Part shown: positions 19,331 through 29,499 of the stretch, one piece after another
Layout: each line of letters opens with the position of its first letter
Numbering within the stretch: position 1 is the stretch's first letter
Sequence record: OR896824.1
Length of the DNA: 64,000 nucleotides
Source: Escherichia phage SmurfNell
Strand: one strand, 5' to 3'
The notes under the pieces: generated by a model
Seen by the model: only the letters and a program-made list of their open reading frames with translations
Databases searched by the model: none
What the model was told of the DNA's origin: nothing
Made by a program: the position numbers and the translations under genes

Positions 19331-19822
19331 ATGAATACTGAAATAACACAAGACCTACTAAGAACCTACTTTGACTATAAAGATGGAGAATTGTTTTACA
19401 AACCAACCTATAAAACCCCTGCGGGAAGAATATCCAAAAAAGCAGGTAAATCTGCCAGACTAACTCCGTGTAACGGGTACTATCGTATAAATGTACCAAG
19501 AATAGGTGTACAGAAAGAACATAGGATGATTTTCCTATATCATGAAGGATACCTACCAGAAGTAGTAGATCATATTGATAGGGATAAAGAAAATAATAGG
19601 ATAGAGAACCTTAGGGCATCTAATCTTCAGGATAACGCTATTAATCGCTCCATAAGTAAGAGTAATACCTCTGGTATTGTGGGTGTACATTATGATGAAT
19701 CATATGGTAAGTGGGTTGTAACGTATAGGGGTAAGTACTTTGGAAGATTCGATACTAAAGAAGAAGCTGCCGAAGTTAATGCTAATGTTCGTGCCCTTGA
19801 TCAAACCCGTATAAATAGTTGA
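19331..19822 (+). CDS. HNH homing endonuclease
   Basis: YLPEVVDHIDRDKENNRIENLR HNH core and N-terminal FDYKDGELFYKP motif; free-standing between nrdD and phoH. Confidence 0.7.
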   Translation: MNTEITQDLLRTYFDYKDGELFYKPTYKTPAGRISKKAGKSARLTPCNGYYRINVPRIGVQKEHRMIFLYHEGYLPEVVDHIDRDKENNRIENLRASNLQDNAINRSISKSNTSGIVGVHYDESYGKWVVTYRGKYFGRFDTKEEAAEVNANVRALDQTRINS

Positions 19823-19905
19823 GTATCTAGTACCACACATCTCCCAATAAAAGCAAGCAAATTTTTTATTTAAAAGCAATATCATAGGCTTATTTAAAAT
19901 TGTAG

Positions 19906-19934
19906 TTGCTTTCTCCCGTATATATTGGTATAAT
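19906..19934 (+). promoter_or_regulatory. T5-type sigma70 promoter upstream of phoH
   Basis: TTGCTT-17-TATAAT. Confidence 0.55.
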
Positions 19935-20007
19935 ATATTTGTAAGTTGATAAACAAGATCTTTTTGTTGATCCTCTGTTAGCGAAGTACACTATAGGAGT
20001 GTTATTT

Positions 20008-20760
20008 ATGGGAAAAGCACGTCAAAAAAGAGAGAACCGCAATGGTTCAAGAAAGCGTGGCAACAAGTACGAGAGCAACGTAATTCAAGCAGATTTCTCT
20101 GGTGATTACGCCAATCCAGTTGCTAAACCCCTAGTTGGTAAAAACCGTGAGCAAAAATCATATATCAATATGATCAAGAACAACACAGTGACTGTGGGTA
20201 TTGGTGAACCAGGTACTGGTAAAACCTTTATTCCATCCGTTCTTGCAGCTCAGGAACTCGTAGACATTCACTCAGATATTGAGCAAGTGATCCTCGTGCG
20301 TCCGAACGAACCTCTAGGTAAATCTCTTGGTATGCTCCCAGGTGATCTGGCAGAAAAGCTAGAGCCTTGGTTAGAGCCAATAGCTGATGGCATGAAATGG
20401 GCAATCGGTGATCACGCCTACAAAGGATATGTCGAACGTCAGAAAATTAAATTCCTGGCTATCGAACATGCCCGTGGCCGAACTTTCAACAACTCCTATG
20501 TAATTGTCGATGAAGCTCAGAATATCTCCGTTGAAGCAATGATCTGTCTCCTGACTCGTGTAGGACAAGATTGTCGTTTAATTATCTGTGGGGATATAGC
20601 GCAGAAAGACATCAAGGGTGATTCAGGTCTAGCACTTCTTATGGAAGTCTATGAGAAGTATGAAAACTCTCCTTTCTCTATGATCGAACTGATCGACAAC
20701 GTTCGCTCACCAGAGTCTAAAGCATTCTACGATATCTTTAAGGATATGGGGAAGGTGTAA
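20008..20760 (+). CDS. phoH: PhoH-like ATPase
   Basis: Walker A GEPGTGKTF and Walker B YVIVDEAQN; ATG 20008 with TAGGAG RBS. Confidence 0.85.
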   Translation: MGKARQKRENRNGSRKRGNKYESNVIQADFSGDYANPVAKPLVGKNREQKSYINMIKNNTVTVGIGEPGTGKTFIPSVLAAQELVDIHSDIEQVILVRPNEPLGKSLGMLPGDLAEKLEPWLEPIADGMKWAIGDHAYKGYVERQKIKFLAIEHARGRTFNNSYVIVDEAQNISVEAMICLLTRVGQDCRLIICGDIAQKDIKGDSGLALLMEVYEKYENSPFSMIELIDNVRSPESKAFYDIFKDMGKV

Positions 20761-20761
20761 T

Positions 20762-21004
20762 ATGGGAAACGTCGTACATCTGCACCGCAAAACTAAGATC
20801 CACCGTACTTCACTGAGTGCTGCTAATATGATTACACGTAAGGAAGGGGAAGAAAGTCCTAAGACTACCCTAGCGTGGAAAATTGTAGCCTCTAATCCAA
20901 ATCGGCCTTTTAATTATAATGAACTTTCAACATCAGTAGATATTCTTCTGAGGGCGAATGCGAAAGCAAAAGTAATTAATCAAGCCGAAAAACTAGACTG
21001 GTAA
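20762..21004 (+). CDS. hypothetical protein (80 aa)
   Basis: ORF immediately following phoH. Confidence 0.45.
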   Translation: MGNVVHLHRKTKIHRTSLSAANMITRKEGEESPKTTLAWKIVASNPNRPFNYNELSTSVDILLRANAKAKVINQAEKLDW

Positions 21005-21057
21005 TATAGAAGGCCTGGGTATGAAAATATCCGGGCTCTTTTTATCTGTAAAATTGT

Positions 21058-21086
21058 ACTTGCAAAATGACCCAAAACAAAGTAGA
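21058..21086 (+). promoter_or_regulatory. sigma70-like promoter upstream of nrdA
   Basis: TTGCAA-17-TAGAAT, about 40 nt upstream of the nrdA RBS. Confidence 0.45.
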
Positions 21087-21126
21087 ATATTTCCTAAATC
21101 CTGATAACTACAAAAAGGAAAGCCAA

Positions 21127-23457
21127 ATGAGCCATCGCATAGAAAAAGTAATTAAACGTGACGGTACTGTAGAAGACTTTGCTCCTGAAAAACTCAATGG
21201 TTGGGCAGTGTATGGCTGCAAAACAGTTGATGTAAGCTGGTCATCCATCACTATGGCTGCTCAAAAAACTCTACCTAAAGGTGTTGTAGACTCCGACACC
21301 CTAATGGATGCGTTAATTAAAGCCGCTGAAGGTCTTATCAAAGATAACCCAGCATATGACGTGCCGGCTAAGGAATTACGTCTTGCGCAGATGCGTAAAC
21401 GTCTATATGATTCCTTCGAGCCTCCTTCTCTGCGTTTCTTCCACGATCATATGGTTAGTGTTGGAGCTTGGGAAGACATGAGTGCATGGATTACTGATGA
21501 ACAATTTGAAGCTCTGAATCAAGTTATCGACCATGATCGTGATCGTTTATTCACCAGTGGTGGACTGAAACAGTTCTTCGACAAGTATTCCCGTCGTAAT
21601 ATTGCAACTGGTGAAATTTATGAAACTCCGCAGTTTGCCTACATGGGTATGGCAATGGCGATGCTATCTCAACCTAACTGGACAATTCTAGATGCAATCG
21701 ACCTCTACAATGCAATGTCGCTCCACAAAATCAACGTTCCTACGCCGCCACTGGTTGGCCTGCGCTCTAGTGACCGTGGATTTGCTAGTTGCTGCCTCGT
21801 GGATTCCACTGACACGCTGGATTCAATCGACACAGCCGAGCACATCGTCTTCAAAATGGTCGCAGCCAGAGCGGGAATCGGGTATCATCTTGAAAGCCGA
21901 TCAATTGCTGATCCGGTGCGAAATGGGGCATTCCCGCATTCCGGAAAACTGCCATATTATAGACACATTGACCGATCAGTAAAAGCTAACACTCAGCAAA
22001 CCCGTGGTGGTTCTGCTACTGTGTCTTACCCATACTTCGATCCTGAAATCATTCAGTTGATGCAGGTTAAACAGCAACGTGCTACAGACGAGAATAAAAT
22101 CGATAAGATGGATTACTCTCTGAGCTTTAACAACCTTCTGTTAAAACGTTACCTGAAAAACGAAGATATTACGCTAATGTCCTACTTCTACGCACCAGAA
22201 GTTCATAAAGCGTTTTATGGTGAAGATGAGGCTAAGTTTGAAGAAATCTACGTGGCAGCGGAGAAACGTGTGGCATCTCTTACAAAGATCGACCACGAAG
22301 GAAAAACAATTCCAGCAGCTCCTAGAATCTCTGCAAAAGAAATCCTAGATACTTGGTTACGTATCCGTATGGAAACAGGGCGTATGTATGCTCATCACAT
22401 TGGTGAATCTAACCGTCATGGTAACTTCCTTGACCCGATTCGTATGACCAACCTTTGTGTTGAAATTACTCAGCCAACCCGTCCATTCCATCACATTACG
22501 GAACTGTATAAGACCCAAGATCAGTTAGACGATATGCGTCCAGAAGATATTGGTGAAGTATCTTTGTGTAACTTAGGTGGTGTTGTACTAGGTCGCATGG
22601 AATCTCTAGCTGAATGGGAGAAAACTTGCTACATCCTTCTGAAATTCGTTGATACAATCATCGAGATTCAGGACTACCCATTCCCAACCATGGAATACAC
22701 GGCTAAGAAACGTCGTAACGTTGGTATTGGTCTGATGAACGCGGCAGGTGCAATGGCAGCAGAAGGTTTGGCTTACGAAGGTGTTGAAGCCCGTAACTGG
22801 ATTCACCGTGAAGCTGAAAAGCTGTCCTACTTCCTGCACAAAGCCTCTGTACGTCTGGCTAAAGAACAAGGTGCATGTGACTGGTTTAATCGTACTAAAC
22901 CATCCAAAGGAACTCTGGTAATCGACACGTACAAGAAAACTGTTGATGAACTGGTAACTGTAGGTCTAGAAATGGATTGGGAATCTCTGCGTGCAGATAT
23001 TCTGAAATATGGTATGCGCAACTCTGTTCTGACTGCTCAGATGCCGGGAGAAAGTTCCTCTGTACTGCTAGGTGTTACTAACTCTATCGAGCCGCCTCGT
23101 AAGATTGTATCTATCAAGGGTAGTGCAGTGAATAAAGTAATTGCAATTGCTCCAGGTGCAACCGATTGGGATACATTAATGAGTTATAAACTGGCTTATG
23201 ATGTAGATCGTATCGAGTGGATCAAATGGGTAGCAACCATGCAGAAATTCTTCAGTCAGTCTATCAGTACGAATATGTACTATGACTACACCAAGTTTGA
23301 GAATGAAATCATTCCTGGTCCAGTAGTAGTTCGTGATTTCATGACTGCTGTTAAGTACGGCTGGAAAACTTGGTACTACGCTAACTTCAACACTGAAAAT
23401 GGTGGTGGAGCTGGTGAAGAAGCAGCAGGTTGTGCATCAGGTGGTTGTACTATTTAA
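21127..23457 (+). CDS. nrdA: ribonucleoside-diphosphate reductase alpha subunit (class Ia)
   Basis: ATP-cone N-terminus (IEKVIKRDGTVEDF) and long RNR catalytic body; start 21127 has AAAGGAAAG RBS, while the ORF-track ATG at 21067 falls inside the promoter. Confidence 0.85.
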   Translation: MSHRIEKVIKRDGTVEDFAPEKLNGWAVYGCKTVDVSWSSITMAAQKTLPKGVVDSDTLMDALIKAAEGLIKDNPAYDVPAKELRLAQMRKRLYDSFEPPSLRFFHDHMVSVGAWEDMSAWITDEQFEALNQVIDHDRDRLFTSGGLKQFFDKYSRRNIATGEIYETPQFAYMGMAMAMLSQPNWTILDAIDLYNAMSLHKINVPTPPLVGLRSSDRGFASCCLVDSTDTLDSIDTAEHIVFKMVAARAGIGYHLESRSIADPVRNGAFPHSGKLPYYRHIDRSVKANTQQTRGGSATVSYPYFDPEIIQLMQVKQQRATDENKIDKMDYSLSFNNLLLKRYLKNEDITLMSYFYAPEVHKAFYGEDEAKFEEIYVAAEKRVASLTKIDHEGKTIPAAPRISAKEILDTWLRIRMETGRMYAHHIGESNRHGNFLDPIRMTNLCVEITQPTRPFHHITELYKTQDQLDDMRPEDIGEVSLCNLGGVVLGRMESLAEWEKTCYILLKFVDTIIEIQDYPFPTMEYTAKKRRNVGIGLMNAAGAMAAEGLAYEGVEARNWIHREAEKLSYFLHKASVRLAKEQGACDWFNRTKPSKGTLVIDTYKKTVDELVTVGLEMDWESLRADILKYGMRNSVLTAQMPGESSSVLLGVTNSIEPPRKIVSIKGSAVNKVIAIAPGATDWDTLMSYKLAYDVDRIEWIKWVATMQKFFSQSISTNMYYDYTKFENEIIPGPVVVRDFMTAVKYGWKTWYYANFNTENGGGAGEEAAGCASGGCTI

Positions 23458-23465
23458 TAAAAACA

Positions 23466-23492
23466 AGGAGATCTTCGGGTCTCCTTTTTCTT
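23466..23492 (+). terminator. rho-independent terminator downstream of nrdA
   Basis: GGAGATC-TTCG-GGTCTCC hairpin followed by TTTTTCTTT. Confidence 0.7.
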
Positions 23493-23502
23493 TGAAATTT
23501 TA

Positions 23503-23531
23503 CTTGCTAATCGCTACCAGATTTGCTATAA
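23503..23531 (+). promoter_or_regulatory. T5-type sigma70 promoter abutting the nrdA/nrdB intergenic HNH gene
   Basis: TTGCTA-17-TGCTATAAT; the HNH ATG lies 8 nt after the -10. Confidence 0.55.
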
Positions 23532-23538
23532 TATCTAT

Positions 23539-24036
23539 ATGAAATTAACACAGAGTAGATTAAAAGAGCTAATCTCCTATGACCCTGAAACTGGCGAATT
23601 TACCTGGCTCCCAAGAAAAACTTTAGCAAAGCATTTATGGAACGCTAAAGCAGGAACCTATGATAAATTAGGGTATCTTCGTATAAAAGTTGAAGGAGTT
23701 CAATATTTAGCTCATCGCCTAGCCTTCTTGTATATGACTGGAGAAATACCAGAAGGAAAAATTGACCATAAAGATACTAATCCGTCTAATTGCGCCTGGG
23801 ATAATCTCCGTGAAGCCACGAGTTCTCAAAATTCTATGAACTCGTGTGCAAGATCGGATAACCAGCTTGGAATGAAAAATATTCGTGTAAAAGGCACTTC
23901 ATTTCAGGTTAGGATAGGCAAAGACGGCAAATCTTATACAAAAACTTTTAAAACCCTAGAAGAAGCTATAGAATGGAGAGACACCAAACTACTAGAACTT
24001 CATGGGGACTTTGCAAACAACGGAGAAGCTAAATGA
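23539..24036 (+). CDS. HNH homing endonuclease (inserted between nrdA and nrdB)
   Basis: N-terminal ELISYDPETGEFTWL motif and EGKIDHKDTNPSNCAWDNLR HNH core. Confidence 0.7.
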   Translation: MKLTQSRLKELISYDPETGEFTWLPRKTLAKHLWNAKAGTYDKLGYLRIKVEGVQYLAHRLAFLYMTGEIPEGKIDHKDTNPSNCAWDNLREATSSQNSMNSCARSDNQLGMKNIRVKGTSFQVRIGKDGKSYTKTFKTLEEAIEWRDTKLLELHGDFANNGEAK

Positions 24037-25178
24037 CTACTTTACTTAACTTAGAATGGGAACATACTAACGCTGATCTTTTCCTCGGTGATTCTTTGGG
24101 TATCGCAGATTATGTGCGTGTGGCACACCCCGAACTAGAGCGATTAGCTCTGTTGCAGCGTTCCCAGTTCTGGACTGAAACTGAAATTAGTCTTGAAGCT
24201 GATAAAAAGCAGTGGGGTAATCTCCCGCGTGATATTCAGGAAATTACTCTCCTGAACTTAGCATGGCAAACCCAAACAGATTCTTTCATTAGTCGTGCTC
24301 CTGAAGCAGCTATTATGCCACTTGTAAGCCGTCCTGAACTGGAAGGTATGCTCAAGCAGTGGAGCTACTTCGAAGATCTGCACAGCCGTGCGTATAGTAA
24401 TATTATTCGTAACGTTCTGACTGATCCAGCAGAATTTATTGATTCTGTAACTAAAAACCAAGAAGCATTTGCACGTATCGCAGATTCTGTTGAACTGTTT
24501 GATGAATTGTATCTGTTAGGTCAGTATTTCCTTGCAGTACGTGATCATCGTGGTGATAATACTTATCCAGAAACTGAGTTCCCTGAAGTTAAACGTGAAA
24601 CTCAGGCTAAGCTGTTAGATGCTTACTTTGCAATCTACGGTCTGGAAGCAATGCAGTTCTACGCATCCTTTGCATGTACCTTTGCTCTAGCAGAGAACGA
24701 TATTCTGCAAGGTATTGCCAAGAACCTGCAACTAATTGCTAAAGATGAAGCTCTGCACACTCAAATGTCTAAAGCTATCATCCAGATTATGTTTCAGCAA
24801 TTTGATAAAGATCTGGTAGATGAAGCATTAGCTAAAGCACCAGCACAACTCCTAAAAACTCTGAAAACTGAGATTGAATGGGGTCACTTTATCTTTAAAG
24901 GCCGTAGTCTGATTGGTTTGAACGCAGAACTGCTTGAAGAATATCTTTACTTTGTAGGACGTAACGCATTTATGCACATTGGTGTAGAATGGCCAAGCCA
25001 CTTACCTGTAATTACTAAGAACCCTATTCCGTGGATTATGAACTGGTTGGATACTACATCTTTACAACCTGCTCCGCAAGAGATTCAGATTGGTGCAGCA
25101 TATCGTGTAGGTCAGGTAACTGAAACCTCTGCTGATACTCTGAAAGATCTTGGCAACGAATTTGAGGGTATGTTCTAA
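24033..25178 (+). CDS. nrdB: ribonucleoside-diphosphate reductase beta subunit
   Basis: Di-iron ligand motifs (YFEDLHSRAYS; EALHTQ) typical of R2 proteins. Confidence 0.8.
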   Translation: MTTLLNLEWEHTNADLFLGDSLGIADYVRVAHPELERLALLQRSQFWTETEISLEADKKQWGNLPRDIQEITLLNLAWQTQTDSFISRAPEAAIMPLVSRPELEGMLKQWSYFEDLHSRAYSNIIRNVLTDPAEFIDSVTKNQEAFARIADSVELFDELYLLGQYFLAVRDHRGDNTYPETEFPEVKRETQAKLLDAYFAIYGLEAMQFYASFACTFALAENDILQGIAKNLQLIAKDEALHTQMSKAIIQIMFQQFDKDLVDEALAKAPAQLLKTLKTEIEWGHFIFKGRSLIGLNAELLEEYLYFVGRNAFMHIGVEWPSHLPVITKNPIPWIMNWLDTTSLQPAPQEIQIGAAYRVGQVTETSADTLKDLGNEFEGMF

Positions 25179-25708
25179 TGATAGCAGCAATCTATGCAAC
25201 TGGGCCGAATGGGGAGTTCGGCCTCAATGGTAAACTCCCTTGGGGTTCTTTCAAAGAAGAACTAGATATCTTCTATGCTACTTTGGATTCTCTAGCACCT
25301 GACAATATTATTGTAGGAGCAGGAACTTGGTTAGCATTCCCTGAGACTCTGCAAAAAAGAATACTAGGAGATTCTGACCTATTTATTTATGCAAATAGAC
25401 CACTACCTAACTCTGTAGGATCAGCCACACGCATAAGTAACATTGGATACAGTCTACCTGATTTCCTCAAGGAAGAAGTAACTGTAGTATTAGGGGGAGC
25501 AACTCTGCTTCTTGAAATGTATGTCAAAAATCATCTAGATATGGCGTATATCTCTACTATTACTTCAGCTACACCATTATCTGCTGATGTACATCTGCAT
25601 CATCACATTACTTTAACTAATTCAATGGCAACTAGAATGGACTATGTGGCAGGACAGAATGCAGATAAAACGCTTTCATTCTTACAAGAATTGGTGATAT
25701 TTAAATGA
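25178..25708 (+). CDS. dihydrofolate reductase
   Basis: N-terminal [22 protein letters not shown] is DHFR-like; located between nrdB and thyA. Confidence 0.75.
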   Translation: MIAAIYATGPNGEFGLNGKLPWGSFKEELDIFYATLDSLAPDNIIVGAGTWLAFPETLQKRILGDSDLFIYANRPLPNSVGSATRISNIGYSLPDFLKEEVTVVLGGATLLLEMYVKNHLDMAYISTITSATPLSADVHLHHHITLTNSMATRMDYVAGQNADKTLSFLQELVIFK

Positions 25709-26559
25709 AGCAATATATTGAAACTGGAAAACGTATTCTTGAAGAGGGTGTATGGGTAACGAATCCTAGAACAGGGGTTCGTTGCCTAACCATTATTGAT
25801 GCAGACTTTACCTTTAACGTAGGAGCAGGAGAACTGCCGCTAGTAACTACTCGTAAAGCATTTGCTAAACAAGCAATAATGGAAATGATCGGATATCTCC
25901 GTGGGTACGACTCAGCAGCACAATTCCGCGCTATTGGTGTTAATACATGGAATGCTAATGCAAATGAAAATATTGCCTGGCTAGGTAATCCATTCCGTAA
26001 AGGCGAGGATGATATGGGACGAGTCTATGGTGTTCAAGGACGTCATTGGACTAATTCTGATGGTATGGTATTTGATCAGTTAGCCAAAGTCTATCATAAT
26101 TTGAAAAGAGGGATTGACGATCGTGGAGAAATTTTAACTTTTTGGAACCCTGGGGAATTTCGTAGAGGATGCCTACGTCCGTGTATGCATACCCATCAAT
26201 TCTCTATTTTAGGTGATACACTATACCTAAACTCTTTCCAGAGGTCTAATGATTTCTTGCTGGGCCAAGTATTTAATATGGTGCAATGCTATGCACTTCT
26301 AGCTATTATGGCACAGATTACAGGTCTTAAGCCAGGTATTGCTCGTCAAAAGATTATTAATCTTCATATCTATGAAGATCAGTATAATGTTCTGATGGAG
26401 CACAAGCAATTCGATCGTGAACCTTTTGCACCTCCTACTTTAGAAATCAATCCAAATATTAGAACTTTGGATGATGTATTAACGTGGGTAAGTAAGGATG
26501 ATTTTACTGTTCGTGGCTATGAACACCATCCTGCTATTGCATACCCATTCACAGTCTAA
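25705..26559 (+). CDS. thyA: thymidylate synthase
   Basis: ThyA-like N-terminus ([15 protein letters not shown]), PLVTTRK motif and catalytic-Cys region ([10 protein letters not shown]); overlaps DHFR stop (ATGA). Confidence 0.8.
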   Translation: MKQYIETGKRILEEGVWVTNPRTGVRCLTIIDADFTFNVGAGELPLVTTRKAFAKQAIMEMIGYLRGYDSAAQFRAIGVNTWNANANENIAWLGNPFRKGEDDMGRVYGVQGRHWTNSDGMVFDQLAKVYHNLKRGIDDRGEILTFWNPGEFRRGCLRPCMHTHQFSILGDTLYLNSFQRSNDFLLGQVFNMVQCYALLAIMAQITGLKPGIARQKIINLHIYEDQYNVLMEHKQFDREPFAPPTLEINPNIRTLDDVLTWVSKDDFTVRGYEHHPAIAYPFTV

Positions 26560-26565
26560 TTCAAA

Positions 26566-26590
26566 TAGCCCTTCGGGGCTATTATATTTA
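26566..26590 (+). terminator. putative terminator downstream of thyA
   Basis: TAGCCC-TTCG-GGGCTA hairpin followed by an interrupted T-run (TTATATTTA). Confidence 0.45.
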
Positions 26591-26598
26591 AATTTCAT

Positions 26599-26627
26599 TT
26601 GCTTACTGAGTGAAATTCAAATATAAT
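26599..26627 (+). promoter_or_regulatory. T5-type sigma70 promoter
   Basis: TTGCTT-17-TATAAT. Confidence 0.55.
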
Positions 26628-26657
26628 ATACTTCTAATTTGACAGAAGGATTTAATA

Positions 26658-27236
26658 ATGACAGCCATAGTAGCATTTAAATATAAAGATAAAGTATACT
26701 TAGCTGGTGATCGTATGGGTTCTAATGGCTATACGAAACTGCTGGTTAAAAATCCGAAAGTATTCAAAATCTCTGATGATTTGTACTTCGGATACACTAG
26801 TTCCTTCTACATGGGACAATTACTAGAGCATAGCTTTACTGTACCACCACGTTTAGCAGATATTTCCGATGATAAATATTTATATACGGAAATAGTACCT
26901 AAATTACGTGATATGTTTAACCAGAAAGACTTTGGCGAAAAGAAAAATGAAAAATATGCTGAACCTAATCTGGGACAATTTATTATGCTCTACAAAGGAA
27001 GAATCTTTATTTTCCAATCTAATGCTTCTATTCTAGAAGTTGAATATGCCGGTGTAGGCTGTGGAGGAGAAGATGTACTTTCCAGTATTCGTACAGGTTT
27101 AGCTATTGCGGATTGTCGAGCCACAGATTTAGATGTAGATGATATATTTGAAATCATTGATCTGGCTTTTACGCATTGTGCAGATTATATGTGTGGTGTA
27201 TCTTCCCAACATGATGTTTTAGTAATTGGAGAATAA
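26658..27236 (+). CDS. HslV/proteasome-beta-like Ntn-hydrolase protein
   Basis: N-terminus MTAIVAFKYKDKVYLAGDRMGSNG aligns by eye with HslV ([23 protein letters not shown]), including Thr1 after Met removal. Confidence 0.5.
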   Translation: MTAIVAFKYKDKVYLAGDRMGSNGYTKLLVKNPKVFKISDDLYFGYTSSFYMGQLLEHSFTVPPRLADISDDKYLYTEIVPKLRDMFNQKDFGEKKNEKYAEPNLGQFIMLYKGRIFIFQSNASILEVEYAGVGCGGEDVLSSIRTGLAIADCRATDLDVDDIFEIIDLAFTHCADYMCGVSSQHDVLVIGE

Positions 27237-27238
27237 AT

Positions 27239-27508
27239 ATGTCTATTCTTTTATCTGCTTTAGAAGCAAAACAAAATACTATTGCTAGTATTAAAAAGGA
27301 AGTAATTGACTTAGAGTCACTTATTGCCGTAGAGATTGACAAAGCCATCAAAGATAAAGAATTTAATTGCCACATCCAGGGACTGACTGAATACTCAGAA
27401 AACGCTAGAAATAGCGTTATGCAAAAACTTAGCAAACTAGGTTATGTTGTGGAAGCTAAGTATGAACAGCGTGAAGGTTTTTGGCTTGAAATTGATTGGA
27501 GCAAATAA
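27239..27508 (+). CDS. hypothetical protein (89 aa)
   Basis: ORF tightly packed between the HslV-like gene and rnh. Confidence 0.45.
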   Translation: MSILLSALEAKQNTIASIKKEVIDLESLIAVEIDKAIKDKEFNCHIQGLTEYSENARNSVMQKLSKLGYVVEAKYEQREGFWLEIDWSK

Positions 27509-27984
27509 TGTCGGTTTTCCACATATATACAGATGGTGCATGTAAAGGCAATCCTGGTTTAGGTGCGTGGGGATTCGTTGTCTATAATGATAATGATGAT
27601 CGTATTGGCTCTAAATCTGGCTTCAGCCCTAAAACTACTAATAACGAAATGGAACTTACTGCAATTGTAGAAGTTCTTCGTTGGTCTACTAAGAAAGATA
27701 ATCGTCCAGTAATTATCTACACTGATTCTGCTTACTGCAAAAATGGTATGGAAAGCTGGATGTGGTCTTGGCAGAAGAAAGGCTGGAAGAAGGGAGATGG
27801 TGAAACTCCTCTTAATCTAGAACTCTGGCAAGAAGCATTTAAACTAACTCAACAGTATATTAACTTCCATGATACCAATCCAACCTTTGTTAAGGTTAAA
27901 GGTCACTCAGGTATTCGTGGTAATGAAGAAGTTGATGCTCTATGCAATACTGTAATTACTGAGCAAGAACTTGCTGAGATGTAA
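27496..27984 (+). CDS. rnhA: ribonuclease H (RNase HI family)
   Basis: IYTDGACKGNPGLGAWG, TNNEMELTAIVEVL and IIYTDSAY motifs of RNase HI. Confidence 0.85.
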   Translation: MEQIMSVFHIYTDGACKGNPGLGAWGFVVYNDNDDRIGSKSGFSPKTTNNEMELTAIVEVLRWSTKKDNRPVIIYTDSAYCKNGMESWMWSWQKKGWKKGDGETPLNLELWQEAFKLTQQYINFHDTNPTFVKVKGHSGIRGNEEVDALCNTVITEQELAEM

Positions 27985-28004
27985 TAAATAATTTAAAAAT
28001 TCAC

Positions 28005-28033
28005 TTACTTAAAGCCCTCGAATTTAGTATAAT
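28005..28033 (+). promoter_or_regulatory. T5-type sigma70 promoter
   Basis: TTACTT-17-TATAAT with upstream A-tract. Confidence 0.5.
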
Positions 28034-28060
28034 ATTCGTATTGAAAGTGAGGAGGGCTTT

Positions 28061-28339
28061 ATGCGAATTTACAACTCAAATTCATTAGGATTTAAACCTT
28101 TGAGAAAACGCGCACAATCTCCGCGTCAGATCAGAAAGGCAAATATTGGTGAGCCAGAAACTAGGCTTCCACCACCTCCGGAGCAGCGTCTAGTTTATCT
28201 AGATGAAGAATTAGCCGAAAGGGAACGCAAAGCTCAAGAAGAAATTGAGCGTAAGAAACTGTGTACTGCTCCTGCATATAACAAGGGTGGTTATCAGTAC
28301 GTTTCCAGTGAGGAACAAGCTAAGATGATCGGCAGATAA
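28061..28339 (+). CDS. hypothetical protein (92 aa)
   Basis: First ORF after promoter 28005-28033. Confidence 0.5.
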   Translation: MRIYNSNSLGFKPLRKRAQSPRQIRKANIGEPETRLPPPPEQRLVYLDEELAERERKAQEEIERKKLCTAPAYNKGGYQYVSSEEQAKMIGR

Positions 28340-28355
28340 TTTTTAAAAAATTCAT

Positions 28356-28384
28356 TTGCTAAACGCTTCAAAATTTCGTATAAT
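28356..28384 (+). promoter_or_regulatory. T5-type sigma70 promoter
   Basis: AAAAATTCATTTGCTA-17-CGTATAATAT plus conserved CATAAATTGAT leader. Confidence 0.65.
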
Positions 28385-28422
28385 ATATCTCATAAATTGA
28401 TCAACAAAAAGGAAAACAAATA

Positions 28423-28938
28423 ATGGCTAAGCAGAAAAACGCAAAAACTCAGGCAGCTCCGGCAGTTAAAACTTTCGCTCAGACCGAAGCCAATCGTAAG
28501 GCTCGTCTGGAACGTCATCTGCGTAAGCATCCTACTGATGCTCAGGCTCAGACTGCCCTGAAGTCTGCGGCTCCGGTTCGCCAGAAGCCGAAGGCCAAGA
28601 ACTCTACTCGCGCAACTGCTAAGCAGGTTGTGTTCATCAAGGGTGAAGGTCATAAGTCTGTACCGGTAACTCTGAGCTTTAACGGCGGTGCTGAGATGTT
28701 CGCCCGCAACGGTATGGCTCTGAAAGACTACGAAAAAGCAGTCAATCAGAAGCGTAAGCCAATGGCTGACGTAATGCGTGAATCCCGTGGACAGTTTGGC
28801 TCCGTTAAACCGAATATTTTCGGTGTAGAGTATAGCCGTGACAACGTTCGCGCTCTGTGCTACGGTATCGGTATTAAGTTTACTGGTGCTTCTGATCGTA
28901 AATCCGCTAAACCTACTCGTAAGCGTAAAGCGAAGTAA
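28423..28938 (+). CDS. hypothetical highly basic protein (171 aa)
   Basis: Downstream of promoter 28356-28384; Lys/Arg-rich with markedly host-like optimal codons (CGT, CTG, GCT). Confidence 0.6.
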   Translation: MAKQKNAKTQAAPAVKTFAQTEANRKARLERHLRKHPTDAQAQTALKSAAPVRQKPKAKNSTRATAKQVVFIKGEGHKSVPVTLSFNGGAEMFARNGMALKDYEKAVNQKRKPMADVMRESRGQFGSVKPNIFGVEYSRDNVRALCYGIGIKFTGASDRKSAKPTRKRKAK

Positions 28939-28999
28939 TGATTGATGGGGCGAAAGCCCCATATACTAACTCTTTCTCTGACTAATTAAGGATATTTTT

Positions 29000-29215
29000 A
29001 TGTTCTCTAAGAAACCACGTTCCGTTACTGAAATCGTTGCTTCCTTTACCACTATTACTGATGAACTTCAAGCTCGTATTGAAGCTGACCAGAAAACTGC
29101 TGCTGATATTCAGAAACAGCAGGAAGAACTCGCTCTGAAACTGGCTGAAACCAATAAGAGTGAAAAATCTGCTCAAACTATTAAGGAAAATATCCTTAAA
29201 CTGCTGGGCAAGTAA
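29000..29215 (+). CDS. hypothetical coiled-coil protein (71 aa)
   Basis: ORF with RBS, followed by a terminator hairpin at 29224-29247. Confidence 0.5.
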   Translation: MFSKKPRSVTEIVASFTTITDELQARIEADQKTAADIQKQQEELALKLAETNKSEKSAQTIKENILKLLGK

Positions 29216-29223
29216 TTTAAATC

Positions 29224-29247
29224 AGGGGGCGAAAGCCCCTCTTATTT
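29224..29247 (+). terminator. putative terminator
   Basis: AGGGGGC-GAAA-GCCCCT hairpin followed by CTTATTT; a similar GGGGC-GAAA-GCCCC hairpin at 28947-28960 lacks a T-run. Confidence 0.45.
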
Positions 29248-29256
29248 GGAGAAACT

Positions 29257-29469
29257 ATGCGTAACTTCGTTGCAAAGAATGATTTTAACCGTGCTAGCAC
29301 TCACAAGTCTGCTAGAGACTACACTCGTCTTTCTAAACATGAGCTTCTAGAAGAAATCATGGAAGAAAACTGGGATGTTAGTGAAAATGGAACAGACCTG
29401 TTTGAAGAAGAGGAACTTCCTCTGAAAGACCCCAAACAGTGGGAGTCTATTAAAGAGACAGCTCTTTAA
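29257..29469 (+). CDS. hypothetical acidic protein (70 aa)
   Basis: ORF with GGAGA RBS. Confidence 0.5.
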   Translation: MRNFVAKNDFNRASTHKSARDYTRLSKHELLEEIMEENWDVSENGTDLFEEEELPLKDPKQWESIKETAL

Positions 29470-29499
29470 TAGTTTTCTACAACAATAAAGGACATAATT

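Noticed and set aside
21067-21126. ORF-track start of nrdA at 21067
   Set aside because: This ATG falls within the predicted promoter (between -35 and -10); the ATG at 21127 has a proper RBS and gives an ATP-cone N-terminus.
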